64,000 nt of DNA from Eledone cirrhosa (lineage: Eukaryota): positions 103,354,001 to 103,418,000 of the forward strand of contig OZ024745.1 in NCBI GenBank assembly GCA_964016885.1. The letters run 5' to 3'. Below are positions 63,272 to 64,000 of this stretch, one piece after another. The position numbers were made by a program, and so were the translations under genes. The notes beneath the pieces were generated by a model, which ran no database searches, was not told the DNA's origin, and was given only the letters and a program-made list of their open reading frames with translations. How positions within the stretch are numbered: position 1 is the first letter of the stretch; every line of letters begins with the position of its first letter.

Positions 63272-63562
63272 TGGTGGCTGCCAACTCGTTTTCGAGTACG
63301 GCCACTACTTTATATCCATGTAGGAGAACGCCTACCAATGCGCTGACGAGTGTGACTTTTTAGTCCAGCCAGCGACTTGAAAACTCTGGTACAAACACTA
63401 CACTTGTGACAATTATTGACACATAGTGCAGGGCCCATGGTACCATGTGATGACAAGTGCAGAGAGATCTCCAGATATAAAGCAATGCCTGTGCCGTGAA
63501 GCTTTTATAGTGAGCAAAGGCACTGCACAAAGCCAGTCCCACTCTCTTAACCAAGATGATAT
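63272..63562 (-). mobile_element. Second copy of the about 290-bp RTE derivative, in (TA)n
   Basis: Near-identical to 32789-33080. Confidence 0.8.
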
Positions 63563-63692
63563 ATATATATATATATATATAAAGAATTAATATATCTACC
63601 GACATATGTATACAGATGCATACCTACGCTAGCAGATATATATGTTTTGTCTTAGTAACTTTGTAGTTCTATGCAGGGGAATGCAGAACAAT

Positions 63693-63815
63693 TATATGAA
63701 AGACGTAAATAAGAAAGTTATGAAAATTGACTTACTTACTAAAATTTCACTCCAACTAATTAGTTTTGGAGTGAAATTTTAGTAAGTCAATTTTCATAAC
63801 TTTCTTATTTACGTC

Positions 63816-63824
<9 letters not shown>
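63693..63824. repeat. Near-perfect palindrome abutting (TA)n, containing the 3' half of a hammerhead-like motif
   Basis: tatatgaaagacgtaaataagaaag...tttcactccaa / ttggagtgaaa...ctttcttatttacgtctttcatata; extra ttac in the left arm. Confidence 0.93.
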
Positions 63825-63868
<44 letters not shown>

Positions 63869-64000
63869 TATATGTGTGTGTGTGTGTACATATATATGTG
63901 CCTGTAGAATACACAGAAACATGTGCATATGGATATACATGTAGTAAGACGCCTCACACCTCTTGATAGAACAACCCTAGTTATCTCCCGCTGGTTGAGA

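Noticed and set aside
63340-63395. CTGACGA...GAAA as a hammerhead in the 290-bp element
   Set aside because: Stems do not close on the core and the second copy lacks the motif

Overview
AT-rich, repeat-saturated animal genomic DNA, most likely a coleoid cephalopod (octopus-like; inferred from the CORE-type SINEs, Ceph-domain-like RTE derivatives and microsatellite density). One host gene is detectable. Its last four coding exons lie on the minus strand (61461-61529, 60613-60704, 48428-48482, 40047-40133) and splice in frame to a 100-aa C-terminus that I cannot name; the ORF track misses it. Most of the rest is mobile DNA: R4/Dong, L1-Tx1, two RTE families, CRE and Penelope-like retroelements, a non-autonomous tRNA-Trp-primed LTR element, two tRNA-SINE families, piggyBac/Tc2/Tc1/hAT MITEs, a 31-bp minisatellite and a 4.8-kb satellite. 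Read by eye, the most unusual signals are five hammerhead-ribozyme-like motifs and two unrelated near-perfect palindromes. Each palindrome is centred on what looks like hammerhead stem II and keeps only the 3' half of the ribozyme, suggesting hairpin-primed fold-back during retrotransposition. The CORE-SINE also shares its 3' terminus with the Tx1-like LINE. All family assignments come from motif recognition, not database searches, and boundaries of decayed elements are approximate.
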